Positions 20,307 through 27,850 of a stretch of 63,463 nucleotides of DNA are shown one piece after another. The notes under the pieces were generated by a model. That model saw only the letters and a list, made by a program, of their open reading frames with translations, did no database searches and was not told the origin of the DNA. The stretch is from assembly GCA_964432115.1 (NCBI GenBank), contig CAYSMC010000023.1, positions 1 to 63,463 on the forward strand, in the 5' to 3' direction. The stretch's first letter is position 1, and the number at the start of each line of letters is the position of its first letter. Source of the stretch: an uncultured Pseudomonadales bacterium. Lineage in GTDB: Bacteria; Patescibacteriota; Microgenomatia; UBA1400; PJMF01. A program made the position numbers and the translations under genes.

Positions 20307-20335
20307 TTGCAGTTTTCTCGATTTCCTTTTATAAT
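20307..20335 (+). promoter_or_regulatory. putative promoter for tRNA-Asp
   Basis: TTGCAG (20307-20312), 17-nt spacer, TATAAT (20330-20335); 18 nt before the tRNA 5' end. Confidence 0.45.
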
Positions 20336-20353
20336 CCAAGCGCAGATTAAAAT

Positions 20354-20430
20354 GGCCCTGTGGTGTAGTTGGTTAACATATCTCCCTGTCACGGAGAAGA
20401 TCGCCGGTTCGAGCCCGGTCGGGGTCGCCA
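20354..20430 (+). tRNA. tRNA-Asp (anticodon GUC), CCA encoded
   Basis: Hand-folded. Acceptor GGCCCTG/CGGGGTC, anticodon stem TCTCC/GGAGA with loop CTGTCAC, T-arm GCCGG-TTCGAGC-CCGGT, discriminator G followed by CCA. Confidence 0.9.
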
Positions 20431-20442
20431 GTTAAAAAACAA

Positions 20443-20598
20443 TTAAGCTTTTATTTTATTAATTTCCATTGCTTCTTTGATAAAAAAATCTATCTCGTCA
20501 GATTCAATTATGATGCCGGAACTAGTGGCCATCTCATTCCAAACTGTTTCTCCGTGTCTAACTAGGTAGAATCGACGATAATTATTTTGTTTAATCAT
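20443..20598 (-). pseudogene. 51-codon ORF: probable N-terminal remnant of a histidine phosphatase (PGAM/CobC family) gene
   Basis: My translation is MIKQNNYRRFYLVRHGETVWNEMATSSGIIIESDEIDFFIKEAMEINKIKA. RFYLVRHGETVWN matches the RHG catalytic motif (LVRHGETxWN). The rest of the fold is absent, and the ORF ends 13 nt from tRNA-Asp. It is below the ORF-track size cutoff. Confidence 0.45.
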
Positions 20599-20639
20599 AA
20601 TTAGATTTTGTCATCATCTGATTAATTAAGTTTAAAAAA

Positions 20640-20648
20640 TGCTAAAAT
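20640..20648 (+). promoter_or_regulatory. extended -10 promoter for tRNA-Gly
   Basis: TGCTAAAAT, 9 nt before the tRNA-Gly 5' end. Confidence 0.4.
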
Positions 20649-20657
20649 ATAATTCAA

Positions 20658-20731
20658 GCGACCGTAGTTCAGCGGTAGAATGCTAGCTTCCCAAGCTGGA
20701 GGTGAGGGTTCGACTCCCTTCGGTCGCTCCA
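20658..20731 (+). tRNA. tRNA-Gly (anticodon CCC), CCA encoded
   Basis: Hand-folded. Acceptor GCGACCG/CGGTCGC, anticodon loop TTCCCAA, T-arm GAGGG-TTCGACT-CCCTT, discriminator T followed by CCA. Confidence 0.9.
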
Positions 20732-20776
20732 GTTGCTAAGTTGTTTAACAAGAACAAACTAATTTGTAAGCCACGC

Positions 20777-20850
20777 GCCAAAGTAGCTCAGCTGGCTAGA
20801 GCAGCGGTATCGTAAACCGCAGGTCGTGGGTTCGATTCCCACCTTTGGCT
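20777..20850 (+). tRNA. tRNA-Thr (anticodon CGU)
   Basis: Hand-folded. Acceptor GCCAAAG/CTTTGGC, anticodon stem GCGGT/ACCGC with loop ATCGTAA, T-arm GTGGG-TTCGATT-CCCAC. CCA is not fully encoded. Confidence 0.9.
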
Positions 20851-20893
20851 CATTTAATGATTTAGCTTTATGTTATGATTAAATTAATTAAAT

Positions 20894-21658
20894 ATGCCAC
20901 GATCACATCGTTACTCTGCTATTTATAAAAACAGTCGCCAAGCCAAAAGAGGTAGTTCTCGCTTGTTAAAAAAACAAGAAAAAGAAATGCGTCAACAAAC
21001 CTTCTTTTTTATTTTTTTGTCGATTGCTTTATTGTTGCTGTTTATTTTTATTATTGTTCCCAACTTAATCAGATTGTTCTTTAATTTTTTTAATAATGAC
21101 CAGACTGCGACGATGGAAGACAATGTACCTCCCACGGTACCAATTTTATTTGAAGTGCCTCCTGAAGCAACTTTTAGTGCCCAACTAAAATTGGATGGCT
21201 ATGCCGATCCTAATTCAAAAGTGGTTTATGTTTTAAATGGTGATCAAGTGGAAGAAGACGAGGTGACTGAAGAAGGTCAATTTAGTCAAGAAATTCAATT
21301 AGAAAAAGGAGAAAACCAACTAACTATTTATGCAGTTAATGAATCGGGTACTGAATCTTTGCAAAGTAAAAGCTATCAAATCATTTTTGATGATGAACCG
21401 CCGACAATTAACATCGTCGAGCCAGAACCAGATAGCGTGATTGAATTGAAGCGCAATCGTAACACTAGCGTTAGTGGTGAAACCGAGCCACTCTCTAAAG
21501 TTTATCTCAATGATCGTCTGATAATGGTGGATGGAAGTGGCCAATTTCATAGCACTTACTATTTGGATGAAGGAGACAATACTTTAAATTTTGTTGCTAT
21601 TGATCCGGCCGGCAATCGTAGTGAATTAGAGATTAAAGTTAAATTTCTTAATAACTAA
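20894..21658 (+). CDS. membrane-anchored protein with two Ig-like repeats
   Basis: 254 aa. Basic N-terminus and one TM helix (FFFIFLSIALLLLFIFIIV). Two ~85-aa repeats each begin PPT and end with the pattern GxNxLxxxAxxxxGxxS (GENQLTIYAVNESGTES and GDNTLNFVAIDPAGNRS), typical of bacterial Ig-like domains. Confidence 0.65.
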   Translation: MPRSHRYSAIYKNSRQAKRGSSRLLKKQEKEMRQQTFFFIFLSIALLLLFIFIIVPNLIRLFFNFFNNDQTATMEDNVPPTVPILFEVPPEATFSAQLKLDGYADPNSKVVYVLNGDQVEEDEVTEEGQFSQEIQLEKGENQLTIYAVNESGTESLQSKSYQIIFDDEPPTINIVEPEPDSVIELKRNRNTSVSGETEPLSKVYLNDRLIMVDGSGQFHSTYYLDEGDNTLNFVAIDPAGNRSELEIKVKFLNN

Positions 21659-22773
21659 AGATAAAAACCCCAAAACAATAAATTAATAAAAGCCTGACTC
21701 AAATTGTTATTAAATAAACTATGAGTTAATAGGGCGATTAGTAGGCCTAATTGCCAGTGCCGATCTTTGCGAGTTTGTTTATGAACTTCTCTTGTTAAGA
21801 GGATAATTATTAAACAGGTGCCGAAGATACCAAAACCGTTATACAGAAAAATCAAGAAATTATCGGCAAAACGCGCGTGACTAATGAGATCTTCTTTATT
21901 GACTTGGTAATGAGGATGAAAAGGTCCTTGACCAAAAATTATAGCCAAACCTTGATTATTGTTGAGAGATTGTTGAGCGCTAATTATTCTGGCATTGATT
22001 GAACTAGTGCGCTCTAGTTTTACTCCTTCCCCTCCAGATTTTTTGGGTAATAAGGGTATAAAAATAACGAATAAAACTAAGCTGATACTGATTAATCGAC
22101 GTTGAGCTTGTTGACTGTGAAAAAATAGATAACTACCAGCCAACATTAAGCTTAGATAACTTGCTCGAGAATAACTAAGAGCTAGGGCAATTAAAAATAT
22201 CAGACTCAAAAAAATATTTTCTTTTTTTAGCTGAGTGTGATTGGTGTAGTAAAGCCAATTAAGAACCAGAATTAGTCCAGTAAAATTAGGATCTAAAAGT
22301 GGGCCAGCTAGTCGATAAAAATGATCATCAAAACCCAAATAATAAAGACTAGTTAGATCGGGTAAGAAAAAGTATTGTATAAAAGCTAGAATAAGCATCA
22401 ATAGTGAGGCTTGTAAAAAAACATGCACGATTTTTTTTTGGCCAAAATTTTTTTTCAATAATAAAATAAATACAAAATAAGCTATAGCTCTAGCTAAATA
22501 TAATAAACTGTTAAAGATAAATTGTTTTTGCCAAATAGCGAAAACAACGGCTGCAAAAATGTTGAAAAATAATAGTAAAAATATTTTTTTATTAAATTTT
22601 TTTATTTTTTTCAAATTTTGAATAATTATTTTTAATTCTCTAAAATTAAATAACAGGTAAGTAATGACTAAAAAATCATGCAAATAAATAGTTAAATATT
22701 GGTTGAGTTGAATTCTGCCCAATTCTCCGCCAGCAAAGACTAGTAATAAGCTAATTAAGAAAATATTTCTCAT
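21655..22773 (-). CDS. O-antigen ligase/polymerase-like (Wzy_C family) membrane protein
   Basis: 372 aa and polytopic. ALSYSRASYLSLMLAG motif resembles the Wzy_C loop. Confidence 0.65.
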   Translation of the reverse strand: MRNIFLISLLLVFAGGELGRIQLNQYLTIYLHDFLVITYLLFNFRELKIIIQNLKKIKKFNKKIFLLLFFNIFAAVVFAIWQKQFIFNSLLYLARAIAYFVFILLLKKNFGQKKIVHVFLQASLLMLILAFIQYFFLPDLTSLYYLGFDDHFYRLAGPLLDPNFTGLILVLNWLYYTNHTQLKKENIFLSLIFLIALALSYSRASYLSLMLAGSYLFFHSQQAQRRLISISLVLFVIFIPLLPKKSGGEGVKLERTSSINARIISAQQSLNNNQGLAIIFGQGPFHPHYQVNKEDLISHARFADNFLIFLYNGFGIFGTCLIIILLTREVHKQTRKDRHWQLGLLIALLTHSLFNNNLSQAFINLLFWGFYL

Positions 22774-23539
22774 AAAGATAAACTCTGACTAACAGGGAAT
22801 GCAGACTCATCATCACTGCATAACTTAGACCAGCAAAACCATCAAGTAGCCCTAATTTGAATAAATAATTAAGCAAAAACTTGCCGCTGGGATAAATTAA
22901 CAATTCAAAGTAGATTTTGACTTTTGTATAGGGGATATTTTTTGTAAAACGATAATTAACTTCCAGTTGAGCGTAATTGTTAATGGTTTTTAAGAAACCA
23001 CTTAGATGTTGATGAGGAAAGTGCTTAATCACTAAGGAACTCTGTCCTACTCGACCAGTAATTTGGGGAACCTCATGCACCTGGCGCTGATATTGAATCA
23101 TGTTGGTTTTGGCTAAGCGCACGACAAAATAGTTGCCCGTTTCACCAAAGCGCATTTTTTGTCCATGAAAATAATCCACTCTTTTTAATCGATAAGCGTC
23201 AATCTGATCGCTATTTATCAAGTGATTAATTTTGTACCAGTCTTTTTTACTTAGGATTTCGTCACTATCGAGAAACATCAACCAAGTTGTGTGAACTGCT
23301 TTAATAGCTTGATTGCGCACGTTAGCAAAATTTTTAACTGGATTTTTTCTAATGATAAGACGGCAATGAATATCGGGATTAAGTTTTTTTAATTTTTTTT
23401 CTAAATGAGGCCAGTGATTATTAGTTTCTTGATCGATAACAATAACTTCTTGAGCACAAGCCGCGCTAAGTAGGGCTTGTTCAAACATGCGATCGTGACG
23501 ATCATTTAAAATAATAATGCTTAAATTTTTAATTAACAT
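22751..23539 (-). CDS. family 2 glycosyltransferase
   Basis: 262 aa. LSIIILNDRHD N-terminus and the DSDE acidic motif. Confidence 0.75.
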   Translation of the reverse strand: MLIKNLSIIILNDRHDRMFEQALLSAACAQEVIVIDQETNNHWPHLEKKLKKLNPDIHCRLIIRKNPVKNFANVRNQAIKAVHTTWLMFLDSDEILSKKDWYKINHLINSDQIDAYRLKRVDYFHGQKMRFGETGNYFVVRLAKTNMIQYQRQVHEVPQITGRVGQSSLVIKHFPHQHLSGFLKTINNYAQLEVNYRFTKNIPYTKVKIYFELLIYPSGKFLLNYLFKLGLLDGFAGLSYAVMMSLHSLLVRVYLYEKYFLN

Positions 23540-24755
23540 GGAGTTTTTTTAAGGACAAGAAACTAATTGGCAGGCTAATCACTCTAGCCAATAAAATGCC
23601 CAAACAAGCACCATATAGGCCATAACTTGGAGTTAAAATTATAATTCCTGTGACCATAAGGACCAGGGAGATAAATAGGTGAAAATTCATTGGTAAATAT
23701 CTTTTTTGAGCAATGAGTAGTGCGTAAACAATGTTGGACAGACTATGAACCAAACCGGCCAACACTAAAACAGCCAAAATATGACTGGCCTCTAGCCATT
23801 GTTCACCTAAAATTAAATTAATAAAGAAATTGGGCCAGATAATTAGTGGCAAACTAAAAGCAAGACCAATTATAAAAGTACTAAAAATAGATTTGTTAAA
23901 AGCTCGTTTTAATCTGTGCTGTTCTTGCTCTTGATGCAAGTTGGCAAAAACTGGCATTAAGCCATGATGGGCAGATTTAGAAAGCTCATAATTGACTTTA
24001 TGGCTAAGAGAATAAGCATTGTGATAAATACCGAGTTGATAAGCATTAAGGAGCTTGCCAATTATAAAGTCATCAGCATTATCGTTTAAATAAGCTAGGA
24101 AACTAGCTAACATTAAAGATTTGGCGTTGTGAAAAATATAGCGCGCACGACGAGCTTGATAATTAAATTTGGGTCGTTGCTGATTCATGATGAAGGAAAT
24201 TACAACTTCTATAACTGCCGCCAAAATTACCCCAATCACCAAGGCCCAAACTGATCTGAGCAAAAACGCCAGAGTAATTTGTAATAGCACTTCAGCACTC
24301 AAATGGATGGCATTGTACAAGCCTTCCTTGGCAAAATGAAAATTTTTCTGCCACTGTGCAATGGCTGGATTAATAAAACCTTTAATAATTGGAATCAGGG
24401 TAGCTACACTAATTAAGGGTAAAAGTAATTGTTCTTGGTAGAAATTACTCATAATAAAAGCTAAAAATAGCATTATTAAGGCAATCACAAAACCGCGAAT
24501 AATCGCTATTACCCAAGCAGTATTTAAAAAATAACTAATGTCTTTTTTGGATTGGACAATAGTAGTGTTAATGCCGGTTTGAGTGAAGCTTTCGGTTAAG
24601 CCGACGGCAATCATAACTAGAGAAAAAAGTCCAAAATCAGTTGGCTTGAGTAATCTCGCCAACACAATAATTTTGACAAAGTTTAAAAAGAAAATAAAAA
24701 CTTTTTGTAAACTTTGAATGGAAAAGCCTGCGATTGCGTGTTGTTTATAACCCAT
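23529..24755 (-). CDS. Wzx-like polysaccharide flippase (MOP superfamily)
   Basis: Polytopic ~408 aa with polysaccharide-biosynthesis-protein-type helices. The ORF track start is TTG 24773. I prefer ATG 24755, which sits 6 nt after a TATAAT box. Confidence 0.7.
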   Translation of the reverse strand: MGYKQHAIAGFSIQSLQKVFIFFLNFVKIIVLARLLKPTDFGLFSLVMIAVGLTESFTQTGINTTIVQSKKDISYFLNTAWVIAIIRGFVIALIMLFLAFIMSNFYQEQLLLPLISVATLIPIIKGFINPAIAQWQKNFHFAKEGLYNAIHLSAEVLLQITLAFLLRSVWALVIGVILAAVIEVVISFIMNQQRPKFNYQARRARYIFHNAKSLMLASFLAYLNDNADDFIIGKLLNAYQLGIYHNAYSLSHKVNYELSKSAHHGLMPVFANLHQEQEQHRLKRAFNKSIFSTFIIGLAFSLPLIIWPNFFINLILGEQWLEASHILAVLVLAGLVHSLSNIVYALLIAQKRYLPMNFHLFISLVLMVTGIIILTPSYGLYGACLGILLARVISLPISFLSLKKLHVN

Positions 24756-24761
24756 AGCCTC

Positions 24762-24767
24762 ATTATA
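24762..24767 (-). promoter_or_regulatory. -10 box (TATAAT) for the Wzx-like gene
   Basis: TATAAT on the minus strand, 6 nt upstream of ATG 24755. Its candidate -35 (CTGGCA) overlaps the lepB -35 on the other strand. Confidence 0.4.
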
Positions 24768-24783
24768 AAGCAATCTTTTCCGC

Positions 24784-24813
24784 TTGCCAGCTAGTGAACA
24801 TCGGCGTTAGAAT
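24784..24813 (+). promoter_or_regulatory. promoter for lepB, leaderless-type geometry
   Basis: TTGCCA (24784-24789), 18-nt spacer, TAGAAT (24808-24813); 8 nt before the ATG at 24822. Confidence 0.5.
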
Positions 24814-24821
24814 GAAAGATT

Positions 24822-25409
24822 ATGGCAAAGTTTTTAAACAAAATTGCGGGTGGTTTCTTAGATTTGGTAGAAACAGTCGCAATTTCACTCTCAATTTTTT
24901 TAGTGGTTTATTTATTTTTGATGCAACCTCATCAGGTTAATGGGCAGTCAATGATTCCTAATTTTCAAGATGCTGAACACGTGATGACTGATAAAATAAC
25001 TTATAAATTCAGAGAACCAGTCAGAGGTGAGATTGTTGTCTTTCATGCTCCGCCTGCCGCTGGCTGTGTAGAGGGAACGGGCTGTGATTTTATCAAGAGA
25101 ATTATTGCTGTTCCTGGTGACCGAGTAGCAGTGAGAGACAATGCTATTTGGATTAATGACAATAAATTACCCGAGCCATATATTCCGGCTGATTTTACAA
25201 TTGCTCCAGGGAGAGCCACTCTTGATCAAGAGTTATATTTGGGTCCAGACGAATACTTTGTTGCTGGTGATAATCGTCCTAATTCGAGTGACTCACGATC
25301 TTGGGGGGCAATACAAAAAGACGATATAGTTGGTCGAGTGTTCTTGCGTTATTGGCCTCCAAAAGAAATAAGCCTAATTAAAAAAGCTGATTATCCAGCT
25401 GGTTTTTAA
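24822..25409 (+). CDS. lepB: signal peptidase I
   Basis: 195 aa. Boxes GQSMIPNF (Ser nucleophile), KRIIAVPGD (Lys) and GDNRPNSSDSR. Confidence 0.9.
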   Translation: MAKFLNKIAGGFLDLVETVAISLSIFLVVYLFLMQPHQVNGQSMIPNFQDAEHVMTDKITYKFREPVRGEIVVFHAPPAAGCVEGTGCDFIKRIIAVPGDRVAVRDNAIWINDNKLPEPYIPADFTIAPGRATLDQELYLGPDEYFVAGDNRPNSSDSRSWGAIQKDDIVGRVFLRYWPPKEISLIKKADYPAGF

Positions 25410-25460
25410 TTGCCTACTTTTTGTCTCTTTTTTATTTGTTAATCATTTTGTATATTACCC

Positions 25461-25490
25461 TTGAGAAATTACTTATAAAACAAGTACAAT
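25461..25490 (+). promoter_or_regulatory. promoter for murB, leaderless-type geometry
   Basis: TTGAGA (25461-25466), 18-nt spacer, TACAAT (25485-25490); 8 nt before the ATG at 25499. Confidence 0.5.
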
Positions 25491-25498
25491 AAGTAATA

Positions 25499-26485
25499 AT
25501 GACAAAACATCAAAGCTTGTTGAAAAAACGTTTTCCAGATATTAATTGGTCTTTTGCCCTACCATTGGCCAAACTTAGTTATTTTAAATTAGGTGGGCCA
25601 GCTGAAATTTTTTATAAAATTGACAATGTTGAGCTCTTAAAGCAAATTTTAAGATTTTGTTATGAGAAAAATATACCTTGGATTATTGTAGGTGGTTTGA
25701 GCAACGTGGTGATAGCTGATGCTGGGGTGCCGGGCTTAGTGTTAGAGATGGCGTGCAAGGGTTTTCAAGTCTTAAAAGACGAGCCTGATAGCGTTTTAAT
25801 CAGGGCTGAAGCTGGGATGAAAACCAGCCAATTGGTGAATAAATCGGCTTATTTAAATGCCACAGGTTTAGAAGGTTTGATCGGAGTACCAGGAACAGTG
25901 GGTGGAGCTATTTATAATAATGCCCATTATTTAGATTTTTTAATCGCTGATTGTGTCCAAGAAATTACAACTTTTCATGTGAAAAACAATAAAGAAATAA
26001 TATTTTCACGTGAAAATGCTAATTTTGCTTATGATCAATCAATTTTTCAAGAGGACAAACAATTGGTAATTTTATCTGCTACTTTTTTCTTAAAAAAAGC
26101 TGATCCAGTTTTGATTAAAGAAAAAATAGCAGCAGCTCAAGCTCGACGTTTAGCAGATCAACCTCTTAATTTACCTAGTTCTGGCTGTATTTTCCAAAAT
26201 CCCCCAAACACTAAACATCTAAAAAAACTCTTTCCCCAATTTGCTAAGCAAGAATTTATTCCAGCAGGTTTTTTAATTGATCGGGCTGGTTTTAAAAATC
26301 AACAAGAGGGAGCTATTGTCGTGAGTGATAAACACGCCGCTTTTCTAGTCAATAAAAGTGAGCAATTGAATATTCCAGCCTCAAGCACTGATTTAAAAAA
26401 ATTGATTAAAAAAATTCAAGCAGAGATAAAAGCTAAATTTCAAGTAGAATTAAAGGAAGAAGTCTTTTATTTAGGTAAAGATTAA
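25499..26485 (+). CDS. murB: UDP-N-acetylenolpyruvoylglucosamine reductase
   Basis: 328 aa. FAD-binding N-terminal domain (KLGGPAEIF, VGGLSNVVI) and C-terminal MurB domain (SSGCIFQNP). Confidence 0.9.
   Translation: MTKHQSLLKKRFPDINWSFALPLAKLSYFKLGGPAEIFYKIDNVELLKQILRFCYEKNIPWIIVGGLSNVVIADAGVPGLVLEMACKGFQVLKDEPDSVLIRAEAGMKTSQLVNKSAYLNATGLEGLIGVPGTVGGAIYNNAHYLDFLIADCVQEITTFHVKNNKEIIFSRENANFAYDQSIFQEDKQLVILSATFFLKKADPVLIKEKIAAAQARRLADQPLNLPSSGCIFQNPPNTKHLKKLFPQFAKQEFIPAGFLIDRAGFKNQQEGAIVVSDKHAAFLVNKSEQLNIPASSTDLKKLIKKIQAEIKAKFQVELKEEVFYLGKD
25972..25985. other. parS-like site, one mismatch from the palindromic core
   Basis: TTTTCATGTGAAAA inside murB, centred 31 bp upstream of the perfect palindrome. 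Confidence 0.3.
26002..26017. other. candidate parS centromere site (perfect 16-bp palindrome)
   Basis: ATTTTCACGTGAAAAT. The central 12 bp, TTTCACGTGAAA, are identical to the canonical parS core (TGTTTCACGTGAAACA). Located inside murB. Confidence 0.45.
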
Positions 26486-26499
26486 TAGAGAAAGTTTAT

Positions 26500-27849
26500 A
26501 TGAGCTCAAATTCTGCGGCCGCTTTTTATATTCAAGGTAATACTCCTCTGCATGGTAGTGTGAGAGTGGGTGGGGCCAAAAATGCCTCATACAAATTGAT
26601 GATTGCTTCGCTTTTGGCTAGCAGTGAAAGTCGATTATTAAATTTACCTGATATCGCGGATGTAGACATGGTTAAAAAAATTATTAATGAGTTGGGTGCT
26701 CGAGCGTATAGTGCTGGCGAGTATACTCTGTTGATTGATCCTCAAAATTTTCGTTTTAGTCACGTTGATGGTCAATATGGTAAACGCTCACGAGCGTCAT
26801 CGTTATTTTTGCCGGTGCTCTTAGCCAAATTTGGTGAAGCAACTATTCCACTGCCCGGTGGAGATCAAATTGGCAAGCGACCTCTTGATCGACATATGCA
26901 TGGTTTAGAAAAAATGGGTGTCGTCTTTGCGCAAAATGGAGATATGTTGGAGGCTAAAATCGCTACCAATAGGCCAAATAAAAGATTAAAAGCTTGTCAT
27001 TATCAATTTGAAAAAAATACTCATACTGGGACAGAAACTTTGATTATGGCAGCGACTTTGGCTGATGGTAAAACTATTTTGGAAAATGCTGCCTTGGAAC
27101 CAGAAATTGATGATTTAATAGCTTTTTTAAATACCATGGGAGCTAAAATTCGTCGTCGTTCTTTTCGTAAAATTGAAATAGAAGGTGTGGAGCGTTTACA
27201 CGGGGCAATCCATCGGGTGATGCCGGATCGTAATGAAGCCGTCAGTTATGCCTGTGCAGCGATTATCACCAGAGGAGATATTGTGGTAGAAAATGCTTTA
27301 CACCAAGACCTAACTGCTTTTTTGGAAAAATTAGATGAAGTTGGTGCTGGTTATGAAATTGGTAGTTATGGAATTCGCTTTTTTTATAAAGGAGCTCTTC
27401 AAGCAACTGATATTGAAACAGAAATTCATCCTGGTTTTATGACTGATTGGCAACCTTTGTTTGCTACTCTACTCTGTCAAGCTCATGGTGAAAGTATCGT
27501 TCATGAAACGGTCATGCAGAGCCGTTTTCAATATGTGGAGCATCTCCGACAAATGGGCGCTACAATTGAATATTTTAATCCAGAAGTAAAACATCCAGAA
27601 AAAGTTTATAATTTTAATTGGTCGGATAATCAAATTAAAGATTTTCACGCTATTAAAATATTTGGTCCAGCTGATTTTCATGGTGGACATTTTACGATTC
27701 ACGATTTACGCGCTGGGGCAACAATTCTATTGGCAGCCATTGCTGCTAAAGGAGAAACTGTTTTAAGCAATGTTGAACAGATTGAGCGTGGTTATCAAAC
27801 TATCGAGCAAAAACTTGTGTCTATGGGAGCTAATATCGAAAGGAAATGA
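26500..27849 (+). CDS. murA: UDP-N-acetylglucosamine 1-carboxyvinyltransferase
   Basis: 449 aa with GGAKNAS. The active-site loop LPGGDQIGKRPLDRH has Asp (codon 26863-26865) where E. coli MurA has Cys115. Confidence 0.95.
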   Translation: MSSNSAAAFYIQGNTPLHGSVRVGGAKNASYKLMIASLLASSESRLLNLPDIADVDMVKKIINELGARAYSAGEYTLLIDPQNFRFSHVDGQYGKRSRASSLFLPVLLAKFGEATIPLPGGDQIGKRPLDRHMHGLEKMGVVFAQNGDMLEAKIATNRPNKRLKACHYQFEKNTHTGTETLIMAATLADGKTILENAALEPEIDDLIAFLNTMGAKIRRRSFRKIEIEGVERLHGAIHRVMPDRNEAVSYACAAIITRGDIVVENALHQDLTAFLEKLDEVGAGYEIGSYGIRFFYKGALQATDIETEIHPGFMTDWQPLFATLLCQAHGESIVHETVMQSRFQYVEHLRQMGATIEYFNPEVKHPEKVYNFNWSDNQIKDFHAIKIFGPADFHGGHFTIHDLRAGATILLAAIAAKGETVLSNVEQIERGYQTIEQKLVSMGANIERK

Positions 27850-27850
27850 G

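Noticed and set aside
27770-27850. Long 5' extensions in the ORF track for mraY, and likewise for greA (2682), ftsW (28876), ileS (34876), rpmA (40428), ftsL (43782), rsmH (44718), mraZ (45136), Wzx (24773), GT4 (53205), Wzy_C (59534), GT2 (60556) and the acetyltransferase (61231).
   Set aside because: These extensions start at TTG or GTG, overlap the preceding gene or a terminator, and add residues absent from the conserved N-termini. Downstream ATG codons with better context were chosen instead.
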